Positions 35,589-47,566 of a DNA stretch of 64,000 nt are shown one piece after another. Source of the DNA: Pseudogymnoascus verrucosus (lineage: Eukaryota). The stretch lies in assembly GCA_001662655.1 (NCBI GenBank), contig KV460252.1; one strand, given 5' to 3'. How positions within the stretch are numbered: the stretch's first letter is position 1; each line of letters opens with the position of its first letter. The notes under the pieces were generated by a model. That model searched no databases and was not told where the DNA came from. It saw only the letters and a program-made list of their open reading frames with translations. The position numbers and the translations under genes were made by a program.

Positions 35589-36246
35589 CAGTGTGCGGCA
35601 CGGATACCAATATACCCGTGGTATCCGGGTATATCCTCGAGTATATACCTACCCGGCGATATTTTGGGAGTATCTGGGGTATCCGGATACTCTCGAGTAT
35701 ATATCCGGATACTTGCCAAGAGTTGCCAAGCCTAGTTAAGGCTTCATTTTACAGACGTCATCTCAACGTTATGCTTAAACTATAGCCTTATAAGCATACT
35801 AATACCCTTAATATCTAGTTATTACTTAGGCTATTTAGTAATTCTAGTAAACACTATAGCCTTAGAATAAGAATTTAGTAATATTATAGTATTATTATAA
35901 AAAGGTAAAATAGGTTATTACTACCTATAACATTTACTTTACTTTACTTATAGAATTATATATAAGAGGCTAATAGTAATAGTAATAATGTTAATAATAA
36001 GGTAAATAAATAGGTATAGGGAGTATAAGGAGTATAGGGAGTATAGGGGGTATAGGGAGTATAGGGAATATATAGGGTATAGGGGTTAGGTCGGTTAAGG
36101 TATCTTAAAAGCTTCATTTTATATGCTGCTATTCAGCCTCATGTATACGGATATATACCCTACTCTACCCGTGAGATCTTGGCCGGATACATACCCTACC
36201 CGTCGACATCACGGATACTACCCGGATATGTATCCGCCGAACACTG
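35589..36246. mobile_element. Non-autonomous hAT-type DNA transposon (MITE/deletion derivative), 658 bp, 8-bp TSD TCCCCCAT
   Basis: Left end CAGTGTGCGGCACGGATAC; right end (reverse complement) CAGTGTTCGGCGGATAC. Identical TCCCCCAT at 35581-35588 and 36247-36254. Many subterminal GGATAC/TACCCG motifs and a TpA-rich core. Confidence 0.9.
36014..36085. repeat. 9-bp tandem repeat (GTATAGGGA), about 8 imperfect copies, inside the MITE
   Basis: gtataggga gtataagga gtataggga gtatagggg gtataggga gtataggga atatatagg gtatagggg. Confidence 0.85.
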
Positions 36247-36254
36247 TCCCCCAT

Positions 36255-37936
36255 TTACCTCCCTCCCCTCACATTTGCGCTACACCACCCCTTGGGATTC
36301 CTCCCAGTAGCTGTCCCCGGTATCCTCCCGTCGTCCAGATTCACACTATCATCTACCCTTATAACTACATCGCTTTTAACCTGAATTCCCTTGATTTCTT
36401 CTCTACTCCCCTTCTTTATAATCCGATCCTCACTGCCTACGCTCGCTAGCTCCAAGTCGCTACCCAGTCGATTAAATGAGCCATCCTGGGTACCGTAGTG
36501 CGTTTGTGACGACGCGATATTGCTCTCGTTCTTGCCTTTTGTGCCCGCTGTGCCAGCTTGTCCGCGGCCAGCTGTATTTGATCGCGAGTTCGAGCCGTAA
36601 GGACCTACACCGCGACGCGAGTCGATGAATATGCGGATAAAGAGACGTACGACAGGTGCGCACGTCGCAATAAGGATACAGTAGTTCTCGATTCTGCGAA
36701 ACAATGTTAGCTATAGAAACCGAGGTGATCCCGAAGGGGGGTGCGTGCTGAAGCTGATGAATGTTCAGACACTTACTTGACCCACAGCACGAATGGAGGA
36801 ATGTTATACGTGAAATCCAGGCGATCTCCTAGCGCCTTCAACAGGTAAGTCTTAACGATGCTGGCCACTCCACTGAGCACCAAAGGTCCAGAAAGCGTAG
36901 CAGTCTGCCACAAACGCCGCGATTTTGTCGTGCGGTCGAGTTCTCGAAAGCGAGCAAAGAAGCTGCTGCTGTGATGGGTGCTAGAGCGGAAGAGAATTTG
37001 CCATAGTTCGAAGGCGGAGACGTATGCGAGGGAGAAGTCGATTATGGTATTGAAGGCACCTTGGACGAAGCCGATAGTAGCCTGGACCGAAGGGGCCTGG
37101 CAGATGACCGAGCCGTCGGTAGGGAGGGGATCCCACATGTAGTGGAAATACTTTGTGCGGTCGACCTAGACAAAGAGGATGAGAGAGGACGGGAGATGGA
37201 CTATGTGACACTTACCAATCGATATGGATTGGGTCCGCATTGCAGGACGATTTGGAGGATGGTGAAGGAGTTGACAACAATTTGAATAATCGCACACATT
37301 ATCAGAATGCGCTTCGCTTTCGTGTTGTTGATACCGAAGCACTGGTAGAGAAACCACATCATTCCTGTGCGAGATATCATTGAGGCGGCAACGGCTGCGT
37401 CAGTGATTAGAACTATGCCATAAACGCCAAAGGCTGTTTGTGGCACTTACCAACTGGTTGCGATGCAAAGTCCCACTTCATTGATAGGTTTCTTTCCTCG
37501 TTCGATAGGTAGAAGAAGTGCCTTCCAAGGCCATGATTTGCACTGTAACTGAGTTAGGGGGCTACAAATATGAGGGACTAAGGCCTACCTTTTTTGAATT
37601 AGACACATGTGGAGGATCTCGCAGGCGTATGCAAATAGGAATATCAGGTCTTCAAGTCCCCATACCCTCTCGGGCGAGGAGACCTTGGGAAGAGCCCAGT
37701 AAACCCATGCTTTCACCACAAATCGGAAAAGTAATACGAGAGCGACAACTCCAGTGAGCACCTGCAATGAAGATTAGACAACCGCTTACTTGTAATATCG
37801 AACCTTCCAATTCTTACCCAGCAAGCCTTGAAGATTCCAATTCCTGTAAGTGAAAGTCAACTGCCGCGGTTATTCGAGGAGCCCATCACAACCCACCAAT
37901 ATCTACATCTCCTCCTTCTGGGCGTGGGATGTCCAT
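36255..37936 (-). CDS. PTH11-like / fungal rhodopsin-domain integral membrane protein, multi-exon, no CFEM
   Basis: Spliced translation MDIPRPEGGDVDIGIGIFKACWVLTGVVALVLLFRF..WGLEDLIFLFAY..HGLGRHF..ISRTGMMWFL..QIVLQCGPNP..MWDP..C..FNTIIDF..SGVASIVKT..WVKIENYCILIATCAPVVR. Seven hydrophobic helices carry the family's GLGRH, QC and E..C.P motifs. Confidence 0.82.
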
Positions 37937-39383
37937 GGCCGAAGCCTATCTTCGAGGCCAAACTGTCGCAGCCCTGCAGAACAGATCGGAATTAGAATCC
38001 AACCAGAGCGCGAGCGCACACCGACTTCCGTTTTAGGGTAGGCAGGAGCTCAATTGGATATGAACACATTGATGAGGACGGCGTGTCATTATAACTGACG
38101 AGGTGGATGAAAGGAGTTAAAGTGCATCGCCATGTTACTATATCTGTGAACCGGTGCGCGATTCTCTGAGTTTCAGGAGCACAGATGTGCTGGGAGGTCT
38201 TCTTCCGACATCCCGGGACAATATCCCAGAAGATATTGTGTGCCGCCGTGGGAAGGGGGGTGAGAGGGTGTAAGAAAGATCATTATTGGGCCATCTCGGT
38301 TCGCCAGAAAATCCCACCAGCGATGCGTCTTCAGACTCAATGAGTTGTATACTTGGAGAGTGATTCGGCAGGGTTCATGGGAGGACAAGATACAATGCCT
38401 TGTTTGTACTGGACGCCACCGAAAATCCTTGTCTCACTTCAGTATCGGCGAATATCCAACCCGCTCCCAGTGCCAGCTCGTAGCGGCGCCCATAAAACCT
38501 TGCATACTCTCCCGCGTTCTGTAATATTTATCCGTAATTATGCTTCCTGGACCGCCGGAAGATGCCATGCATCGTAACTTGAGCCTAAGAGATATAGTAA
38601 TGAGTATTAGCTTGCAAAAGTGGCCAGGGCAACACGCGTCGCACAGCTCAGGACAGGTGGTAGTACTGTATGTAATGCTGTTCGCTGAAGAAGTTAGTAA
38701 TTGTGACAAGGATAGGGATGATTATCGACTTTGGCCTATTTTCGTGCATCCTAACCCTCTTCAAGTAACATCCAACCAGTTATCGTGCTCAAGTGGCTAG
38801 ACCATGTGCGCGCGTGTAAGCACTTCCTGACGAACTTGTCATTAACATATAATAACGCAGTAACGTCGGTAACATCGTCGGAGTCGGCCGGTAACCTTCT
38901 AGAAAAGCGTTGCCCCATTTCACTGAGCAGCGCCGGCGACTAAGGGAAGTGGGCGGGCTCCCGTCTATCCGCTGTCAACGAAGGAGCTATAGGGATCGGT
39001 TGCGCTACAATAGTCTCCTATATGGAGTACTTGGCACTTGGAGATCCGCACGCACTGGGTAAATCCACTTGTATTTACCCAGTGATCTGCGCCCAGCCGA
39101 TGCGCACTGGCTTATACTACAGTGTACAGTAGGCCTGTGTTAAGGACGTGCGAGGTGTGGAGACATCCGCCTTGTCCTCGTCATCATCGACTACTGAGTT
39201 TACAGTACAACAGTTTGAGCTTGTGTGTGCATGGAATATACGCGGCCATACCCCGAACTATCCCCAAGTTTAGATGAAGATATGCCTGGTAAAGCAATCT
39301 CTCTTTCCCTCTCCTTTCTGCCAGCCTTCCCACCCCAAAACCTTTCTCTTCGGTTGCTATTGCTGTAATTATCTCTTGCCATT

Positions 39384-40641
39384 ATGACCCCACCCCCAGG
39401 AGCACTCTTAGCGGCTAAGGTCACAGCAGTAAGTCATTTCCAGCGTGTATGGTCGCCATCTAACAATTGCACAAGGCGGGGGCACTGGGCTTCATTCCTG
39501 TGGTTGTCCACTTTCGATTATTTGAGACGCTGGCAAAGATCGGCACGGCCGCCAGTTCAACGGAGATCTTGGAGGCGAATAACATTGAGCGTACCGAGGA
39601 GGAAAAAGCCGCATCGCCACTATGTGAGCCTCTCCCAAGGCAGATTATAGAGAGTAAATACTGACAAGTACTATAGGTTTGAAGTTGGTTGGTATGGCTA
39701 TTTCTCTATCATGAGAATACTGTGGCTATGAGCTGATTGCGTTCCAAGAGGACACACTATTCGTTTTATCAGGACAGGGTCTCGTTGATCTAATCTCAGA
39801 CAATGTCTTCGCCCCAAATGCAATCACGCATCACTGGGCATCACAGCCTTCAGCGCCACATGGCGCTCTACACTTCACCACGGAAGTCCTCCTCGCCTCG
39901 GCCTTTCTGATGCCGAAGCTCCAGGCCACACACTTTGCATACCCCTTAGCTGATGCTGATACGCCGTACCAACACGCGTTCTCTCTCCTCGGCGAAAAGA
40001 GCCTTGCCCAGCAGCACACTTATAGCATCATGGAGGAGATTGGGCGCATGGACTCCTTCAACATTTTCATGGACGGTAAGTTTGGGTCCTTTGGGACACT
40101 GCCCGAACGTCTTCAACGGTTCGGCTATGATCTCGATGCAGCCATCGGAGGGACCGAGTCCGACGTAGTGATGGTTGACATCGGAGGCGGAACCGGAGCT
40201 GCTCTTATTGAGCTGAAGGCCGCGTATCCCCACTTGGCAGCATCATCTCTCGTAGTGCAGGAATTCCAGACAGACCTCCAAACGCTCGACAGCGGCATCA
40301 CGCTCCAGGAATGGAACTTCAAGACTTCCCCCCAGCCTATACGTGGCGCCCTGATATATAGTCTCACACACATCCTCCACAACAACTCTGATCTAGAAGC
40401 ATTGAAGCTACTGAAAAAGCTAGTAGATGCCATGGAGCCGTACTCGCGACTTCTAATCCACGAGTTTTCAAAGAACAGTAACTACGGCAATATGCACGGG
40501 ACGATGGTAGGGCTATATGCTGGCAGATTGAGGAGTGCCGAGGAATGGGCCGCGATGGCGGAGGTCGTTGGGTTAAAAATCACGTTTGAAGTGTATCCGG
40601 AGGCTGGGGAGGGACTTATTGAGATGATGAAGGTTACTTGA
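39384..40641 (+). CDS. SAM-dependent O-methyltransferase (Methyltransf_2 type) with a 15-nt micro-exon
   Basis: Motif I VMVDIGGGTG; LVVQE; WNF..PQPIRGALIYSLTHILHN; RLLIHE; RLRSAEEW. The N-terminal dimerisation region is spread over exons from 39384, with a micro-exon at about 39677-39691. Confidence 0.88.
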
Positions 40642-41852
40642 TGTTACCGTAGGCTCTCTTAGGGAAAGTTGTGCGGTGGAAGGCGCTGAGAGTATTTTTC
40701 TGGTAACGCACACACCGCGTTCCAATGCCTTATACTTTCCTTCAGTCGCTGATCTTGTCCTGTATCTGTCTGAAATCTCGAATCGCCCTTCAGTACTCCT
40801 TCGTCGAAAGTACTGTAACCCGCACTGTCCCCCACACTATAGAGATCGGCGTGCTGTGTATCCATTTGCACGTTGGTGTAGTACTCCGTACAGCAAGCTT
40901 TCCATCGAGCCGCGCACTGTCATTTCCGCCATAGGCCCACATGAAGCAAAGTGGGAGCGAACCGAATCCTTCCTTGTTCTTCTCACAGAAGGTGTCGTGG
41001 ACTAGCTCCTTCCGTGGCCAGCAACGAGAGCGTTTGTTTGAGCATCGCCAGGATTGGCCACGATGCACTATGTGCACTATGTTGGAGAGGTCCGTGAAAT
41101 CAAAAATCATTTAGATGTGGAGCAATATCGACGCACTATAGTCGCACCAAACATGCCATATAGTGGTATGAACCGGGGACTGACTGCGAGCTTACCGGGG
41201 CCTGTCAAATGGACGATGGCGCCGAATCGCGTCCCGAAGACGGGCGGAAGGGACGATGTGGCGGCCATGCGGCCGTGGCCGCGGATTAATTATGGGAGAC
41301 ACGACTTTTCCGTGTGTCCTCATCCCTGTTGCTGCGTCAGCCAGCAATATGCAGTGCTACCAATTACTGGCGACAACGGATCTTTACCCACATATGGCAT
41401 GTGTTTCGGCGGGGATCCTCGACGGCGATAGTCACCAATGCGCCGTGGGGGAGTATCGCACTGATGACACTCATAAATTGAACCTAGTTGTAGAGTTGGA
41501 TCATCTCAACCCCGGCCCCTGCATACAATGTATGATCGTTCTCGCCATGTCTATTCCTCATTTCCTGCGTCTGGTCCAGCCGCGACGTGCGACTGTCCCG
41601 ACTAAACCAACAGGGTGCTCGGAGGTTGTTGATTTGGGCCACTTTCTCCAACTCAACCTCTGCAATATCCGTAAATCTATTCGGTTATCAATATTTGAAG
41701 ACTCCAATCCCTAGCTAGACGTTGGGATATATTCTTTTCTATCACTTTAACTTGCGTGAGCTGCATTCGTCGCCCATCCGTTGAAATCAAGAGGTATAGA
41801 GCCGTAATCTGGCTCGAGTAGCGCGTCTGCGAAAATATTGACTCCGAGAACA

Positions 41853-43547
41853 ATGTCAGAAACCACGCATCATCAGCCCGCTGTCACTGGAGAGGATAGC
41901 AAACCACAAACGCCGGAGGCTAAAGAGGCTCAGATCCTGGAATCAACTACACCGACTGAGGATGTCGTCGAAAAGATCTCCACATTCAGCGGCGACTTTG
42001 ACCCCAATGATCCCAAGAACCCCAAGAACTGGAGCAACACGCGAAAGCACCTCATTTTCGCGGCGCTTATGTCCAGCTCACTCCTATGTGATGGGTAGGT
42101 AGTCGTGGTATTTTCCCCTCTGGGATGGTGAGCTAATGCAGACACAGTGGAATGACATGGGGCGCAACGCTCCTGTTTCCGCAGAGTCTTCAATGGCAGA
42201 TCGAGCTTAACAAGGCAGCCACCAGCATGAATTATGGCATTCTTCTCCAAGGGTTTGGTGGTATATTCGCCGTTCCTCTCATTGAAGCTTATGGGCGGTC
42301 AGTCTCCTCACTCCTACATGCTGACCCCGGACTGATATGTTCTCCAGCCTCCCAGTCTGGTTCTGGACCCAGATTATTGCAATGGGCATGGTGATCGGCT
42401 GTGTGCTATCCCCAACCTTTGAAATCTTCACAACATTCCGCTCCATGCAGGGCCTCTTTGGCACCGTTCCCCAAGTCATCGGTCTTCCAATTATATACGA
42501 CATGTATCACCACCGCGATTGGCCGCGCATGATCAATATTTGGGGCACGACGTTTCTTGTGGGTCCATTCCTTGGCCCGGCCATTGCTGGCTACATTCTG
42601 TATGGGACTGGAAAATGGGAAAGTTCATTTGCCGTTCTTGCTGGTTTGTATGGCGCGAGCACGCTTGCTATTTTGGCTGTGGGAAGGGAGACCTATTATC
42701 AAAAAGGCATGAAAACCCAAGAGACGCCACGATGGAAGTCATTTTTGGGACTTGGAAACACTGGGACGCTGCATAAGCTTTCCGCTGTCGTTGAGCAATC
42801 CAAGGCCCTCGTTATCATGATCTTTACGCCCCCAATGCTCCTCGTTGGTACGTCCCATGCGAATATTTGCTCCGTTTCAACCATGTAGAAGCCCATTCAC
42901 TAATTCTCATAGGTCTTGCAACAATGGTCAACTTTACTTGGCCTATCGGCATAACCGTCACAATATCTTCATTCCTTCTACCACCGCCATACCTCCTCAC
43001 GCCGGTCCAGGATGCCTCTATGCGCTGGGCCGGAATCATCGGCGCCCTCCTCGGATTCGTTTTCGGCTACTTCTTCAACTCTTGGATCTATTTCTCGTCA
43101 TCCGCGTCTGGCGTGTCCCGCCGCGCTAACTGGCGCCCCGAGTACCGCCTGCACGGAGTATGGGGTCCGATATTTAGCATGGCTATAGGGCTCGTAGTAT
43201 ACGGACTCACGCTCAACTTCCAAAAGAGTTGGGTTGGTCTTGCATTTGGTTGGATCCTCGTAAACCTGGGAATGATCGCGTCGACTGTGGCCATTACATC
43301 GTTTGCCCTCGAGAAGTATCCAGCTTATGCAACGATCGTCAGTGCGATTATCAACATGTGGCGCACGTGTGGTGGCTTCTCGGTTGGATACTTCCAGCCT
43401 AGTTGGATTGCGAGGAGTGGGGTGGGTGTCGTATTTGGGTTGCAGGCTGTTGTTGTGAGTGTTTGTATTGTGCTTTTCATTACTCCAGTGATCTGGCTGG
43501 GGAGGAGGGAAGCGGCGAGGAGGATTGTGTCTGTAGGAGTGGCGTAA
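41853..43547 (+). CDS. MFS transporter (DHA1/drug:H+ antiporter-like), 4 exons
   Basis: DPNDPKNPKNWSNTRK, PLIEAYGRLPVW, FRSMQGLFG, IIYDMY, GPFLGPAIAG, RETYY and RPEYRL. About 12 TM segments. Confidence 0.9.
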
Positions 43548-43864
43548 ATGTACTCATGAATGGGAGAGTGTAATAGATTACCATTCGTCTAAAAGCGAGG
43601 AATTTTCGAGGCTCGATTGAAGGAGCGGTATTTTCAGGCGAGATATTATTGTTGCCATGAGATCGGAGATAAAATATACCACTTTTCTCACAAGCAAATG
43701 TAGTACATGTATGTGTAGCTTTGTCGTTCATCTTCAAATGCTATGCCTTATTTGTACTTGTTATGAAATCATTATTGTAAAATTTAAAATTTAAGATACA
43801 CAACGCCATAGAACATACTATGCTACAGTGTAATGCAAACTCGCTACATGCCTCTACTCCACCT

Positions 43865-44872
43865 TTACGATGGTAACTCCACCGGGTGCTGTGCCCCATC
43901 CATCTCAACCGGAGATTTCATCCCATTAACCTCATGCCAGACAGGCGGTAGCGGCTTCTCATTCGGGCTTGCAGGCATCTCATGCCGGGCCCATGGAAAT
44001 ATGCTCGCGCGTGAGCGCGCATCATTACTTGCATTCCCTTCCGTATCCTTATCAACTCGCCTTTTTCGCCGCAAGCACATTAGGCAGGTAACAAGCACCC
44101 CAAGCGCTAAAAGGCAGCCTGTGATGCCGACCCCGAGGCCAATTTTCGTGGCACTTGAAAGGCCTCCCGGCGTAGGTTCATTAGTCGGAGTTGGCGAATC
44201 CGTGGGACCTGGAGTGGATGCTGTAGTGGGAGATGTTCCTGTTGGCGTAGATGTGCTTTTTGGCGGGGACGTTGATTCCGGCAACGTAGTTGGGGGTGTG
44301 GAAGACGGCGGTGAGGTGGATTCCGAGGAAGTCGACTGCGAGGACGAGATTGCCTGTCCTACAACGGCCGCGATCCTGGTTCCAGTTCCATCCTTGCAAC
44401 AGCTATCATTCCCACCACCGCAACACCAAGAGCCATCACTGCATTCAGTCAGCGCAACGTTTTGTGCAGCGGCGCTGCCATCCACGCCGGCATCCTGATA
44501 TCATAATTAGCATCGCCTGGTTTCATTCCTCTAAAGAATAGGCGTACTTACACCATCAGTTGTGCAAAGATTAGACAGACAATTTGGGCTCTTCCACGTA
44601 GGATCGGTGCAGCTTCCGCGCCAGTATAATGGCGCATTTTCGAACGAGTTCAAACAAAGCCCATTCTCCTGACATGTGTCTGGCATAACAACCCCGCCCG
44701 TCCAATTCGTGCCGCAACACATACTAAATTTTCCAACGACCTGGTTGCATGGCTGAAACGCAGGATTGGTGATCTTGCTGCCATCAGGATTATAGCAGGT
44801 TGCCTGCACAATTGCAGGCAGCAATACGCACGCAAAAAGAATAGAAACAAGAAAGGGGCGCTGCCCCGTCAT
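43865..44872 (-). CDS. Single-pass cell-surface protein: signal peptide, Cys-rich domain, Ser/Thr/Pro stalk, TM and short tail (Mid2-like architecture)
   Basis: Signal peptide ending ..IVQA; TCYNPDG..PC..SMCC..DTCQENGLC..WRGSCTDPTWKSPNC..C..WCCG..CC; stalk; GLSSATKIGLGVGITGCLLALGVLVTCLMCLRRKRR; tail PVEMD..PVELP. One intron near 44496-44550. Confidence 0.82.
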
Positions 44873-46222
44873 GATGAACGTAGTTGGAGAGGAAAGAAAA
44901 CTTGCATCTTGAGAAAGATGCGGATGGACAGAAAGACATACTAACTAACCATGGCATATCTTTTTCGGGTTGAGGAACCGGAGATGTACCTGCATCAGGA
45001 GGTTCGTGACATATAATGCCGCGTTTATATTTACGTGAGCGCTAACGGCTTCGATGTTACTGGCTTCGCTTATAATGGATATTCTCAAAGTAGTAATGTT
45101 CGGGGAACCGCCTAGACTAGAGCGGGGAAAGTACTCCAACCTCATCACTCCTAATCCAATCGGTTAAATCGGACTTGAATAATCGCGCGCCACTAAATAG
45201 ACCTGTTATAGACAAGTGCATAACCGCCAAACAGCCTTTACAGGCCTGCGATCCGCTCGCTGTAGCCTCGCGCTATACTGACACATTATTGTCAGGAATT
45301 CTTTGCTACATATTACAGACGAGGAAATATGTCACAATGATAGTGTATACCTACAATACCTACAAGGTAAAAGTGACATGTATATTTCTAAACCAGCGAG
45401 TCATCCCTCGAGGCGTCTGTTTCGCCCTCGAACAAATGAATCTGTTTATTTCTTGCCTCATTATGCTTCTATAGGCTATTGTTCCTGTCTAACACGTGCC
45501 TTAATGCTACATTTTGTGTCTAACGTACTTATATGAATTTCGTACCTAAATGCTCGATTTAGAGCTATGAATTTCGTAAAGTGGCTATCTCCAACGAATG
45601 AAATCAGAGGATATTTTATTGCTAAATTATGTTACTGTTCACCACCGTATTGAATTTTCATTTATATAAATCATATAAAGCAACACTGCCCAGACTCATT
45701 GCTAGCCCGCTAATTTGCTCAATCTTGCTCACCTTAAACAGTCACATTGCTCATCTTTTTCAACCTCAAGGCCTAGAATCCACCGAGTCGTGAAGCTGAC
45801 ATATCGCAGTGTAGGGGTACTCCATTGCTAGACATAACCCCCAAGGTGCCGGCCCGCTATAATCCTAGCCCTACGTTCCCCGCTAGCCACTAACATTACT
45901 ACTGGAGTAGCCCCAACTAGTTAATCAAGCAACTGCCAACGCGCTAATAAGGTTATAAACTTCCCGATCGAGCGCCGCAACAGTCATATCGGCCACTCGG
46001 CGCAGAAGTATAAAATGTAAGCTCCGAGACCACCGCGTCAGCAACCATGCACGAACGATGTGAAGATAATGATTCAATTAACTATCGTAGTCTTCTCTCT
46101 AAAATGTAGTATATAGCATCTAGTTGTTGCCCTCGATGTCTCTCCTCCACAACCTCACCACCAACCTCGTACCCAACTTCTTCACTTCCATAGCCAAAAA
46201 CTTAACAACCACCGCTGCAAAA

Positions 46223-47221
46223 ATGCCTCTCGTAGACGCCCTCATTATCGGCGCTGGCCCTGCCGGCTTGTCAGCGGCCCTTGCCCTCGCGCGCCAGCTT
46301 CACACCGCGATAGTCTTCGACAGCTCGCTCTTCCGCAACGCGCGCTCGGCGCACATGCACACCATCCCGACATGGGATCACAAGGACCCCGCGGCCTTCA
46401 GGGGCGCAACGCGCGCCGAGATCTTGGAGCGATACAACACGATCTCATTTGAGGACTGTGAGGTCGCCAAGATCGAGAAGACGGCCACAGGGGACTTCGC
46501 AGCTACGGCTGCTGACGGGACAGCATTCACAGGCAGGAGAGTCTTGCTTGCCACTGGTGTCACGGATCTGGCGCTTGGTATCAAGGGTTACGATGACTGC
46601 TGGGGTCGATCTATGTGAGTACTCTTATTCCACCTCGGCTTCACTTGATTCTTAGAACTAACATTGCCTAGCTACCACTGCCTCTTCTGCCACGGCTATG
46701 AAGATGCTGGAAAGCCATCCTCTGGTGTCCTTGCTCTCGGCGAGAACTCCGCCCCTGCGGTAGCCGCTGCCCTCGCCCGCAGTGCCAGGCAAATCACCTC
46801 CAAAGTCGTCATCTACACCTCCAACAACCCTACCGTAAAGTCCTCCGTCGATGCCCTCCTCGGCCCCAAAGATAGCGCCATCACGACCGACGACCGAGAG
46901 GTCACCTCCTTCGCTCTCGGCGCTGAAGGCAACGGGATCTCTATCACCTTCGCAGATGGAAGCACAGTCCAAGAGGCCTTCCTCGCGCACAAGCCGCCCA
47001 CAAAGCTCAATGGTCCGTTTGCGGAGCAGTTGGCAGTGGAGCTGGCGCCTGGAGGGGATATCAAGGTGGCGCCACCATTTGGGGCCACGAGTGTCAAGGG
47101 GGTATATGCGGCGGGAGACTGTGCGACGCCGATTAAGAGTGTCATCCAGGCAATGCATATGGGGACATTCGCGGGGGTGGGGATTGCGCATGATTTGCAG
47201 GCCGAGGGGCCGAAGTTGTAG
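46223..47221 (+). CDS. gliT: GliT-like FAD-dependent dithiol oxidase (thioredoxin-reductase fold, CLFC active site)
   Basis: LIIGAGPAGLSAALALARQLHTAIVFDS..RN..HMH..WDH, RVLLATGV.D, spliced WGRSIYHCLFCHGYE, NGPFAEQLA and GVYAAGDCATP. This follows the gliotoxin oxidoreductase GliT pattern as recalled. Intron about 46615-46670; in-frame upstream ATG at 46136. Confidence 0.85.
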
Positions 47222-47566
47222 TGCGACGACCGCCGAAGGAAGATATAACTTGGTCGTCCATTGTATAGGCCATTGAGAGTGGTAAATTGCGATGAGTTCA
47301 TGGTGGATAGTTCAGAGAACAATACCTAGCACATTCGTTCCCATTAGAGAAAACACTTCGATTCCACACCATATTCACTGCCCATAAATTCCGTTCATGT
47401 TAAATTTTAATTCGTATTTCGCTTCTGATTTCTACAGGTAACCCTATGCAATCCGCACGTAAACTCTTTCATCCAAAACATGGTATGATACTCCAAACAG
47501 TACTTACAATAACCAACCCACTGGAAATACCAATATGCATATAACCCCAATACCCTCTTATCAGAT

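Noticed and set aside
40659..41714. Short ORFs between the OMT and the MFS gene
   Set aside because: Overlapping frames with no family signal; most simply OMT terminator plus MFS promoter.
45960..46040. GliZ-type TCGG-N3-CCGA site in the gliT promoter
   Set aside because: CGG/CCG triplets are present but there is no exact match to the motif.
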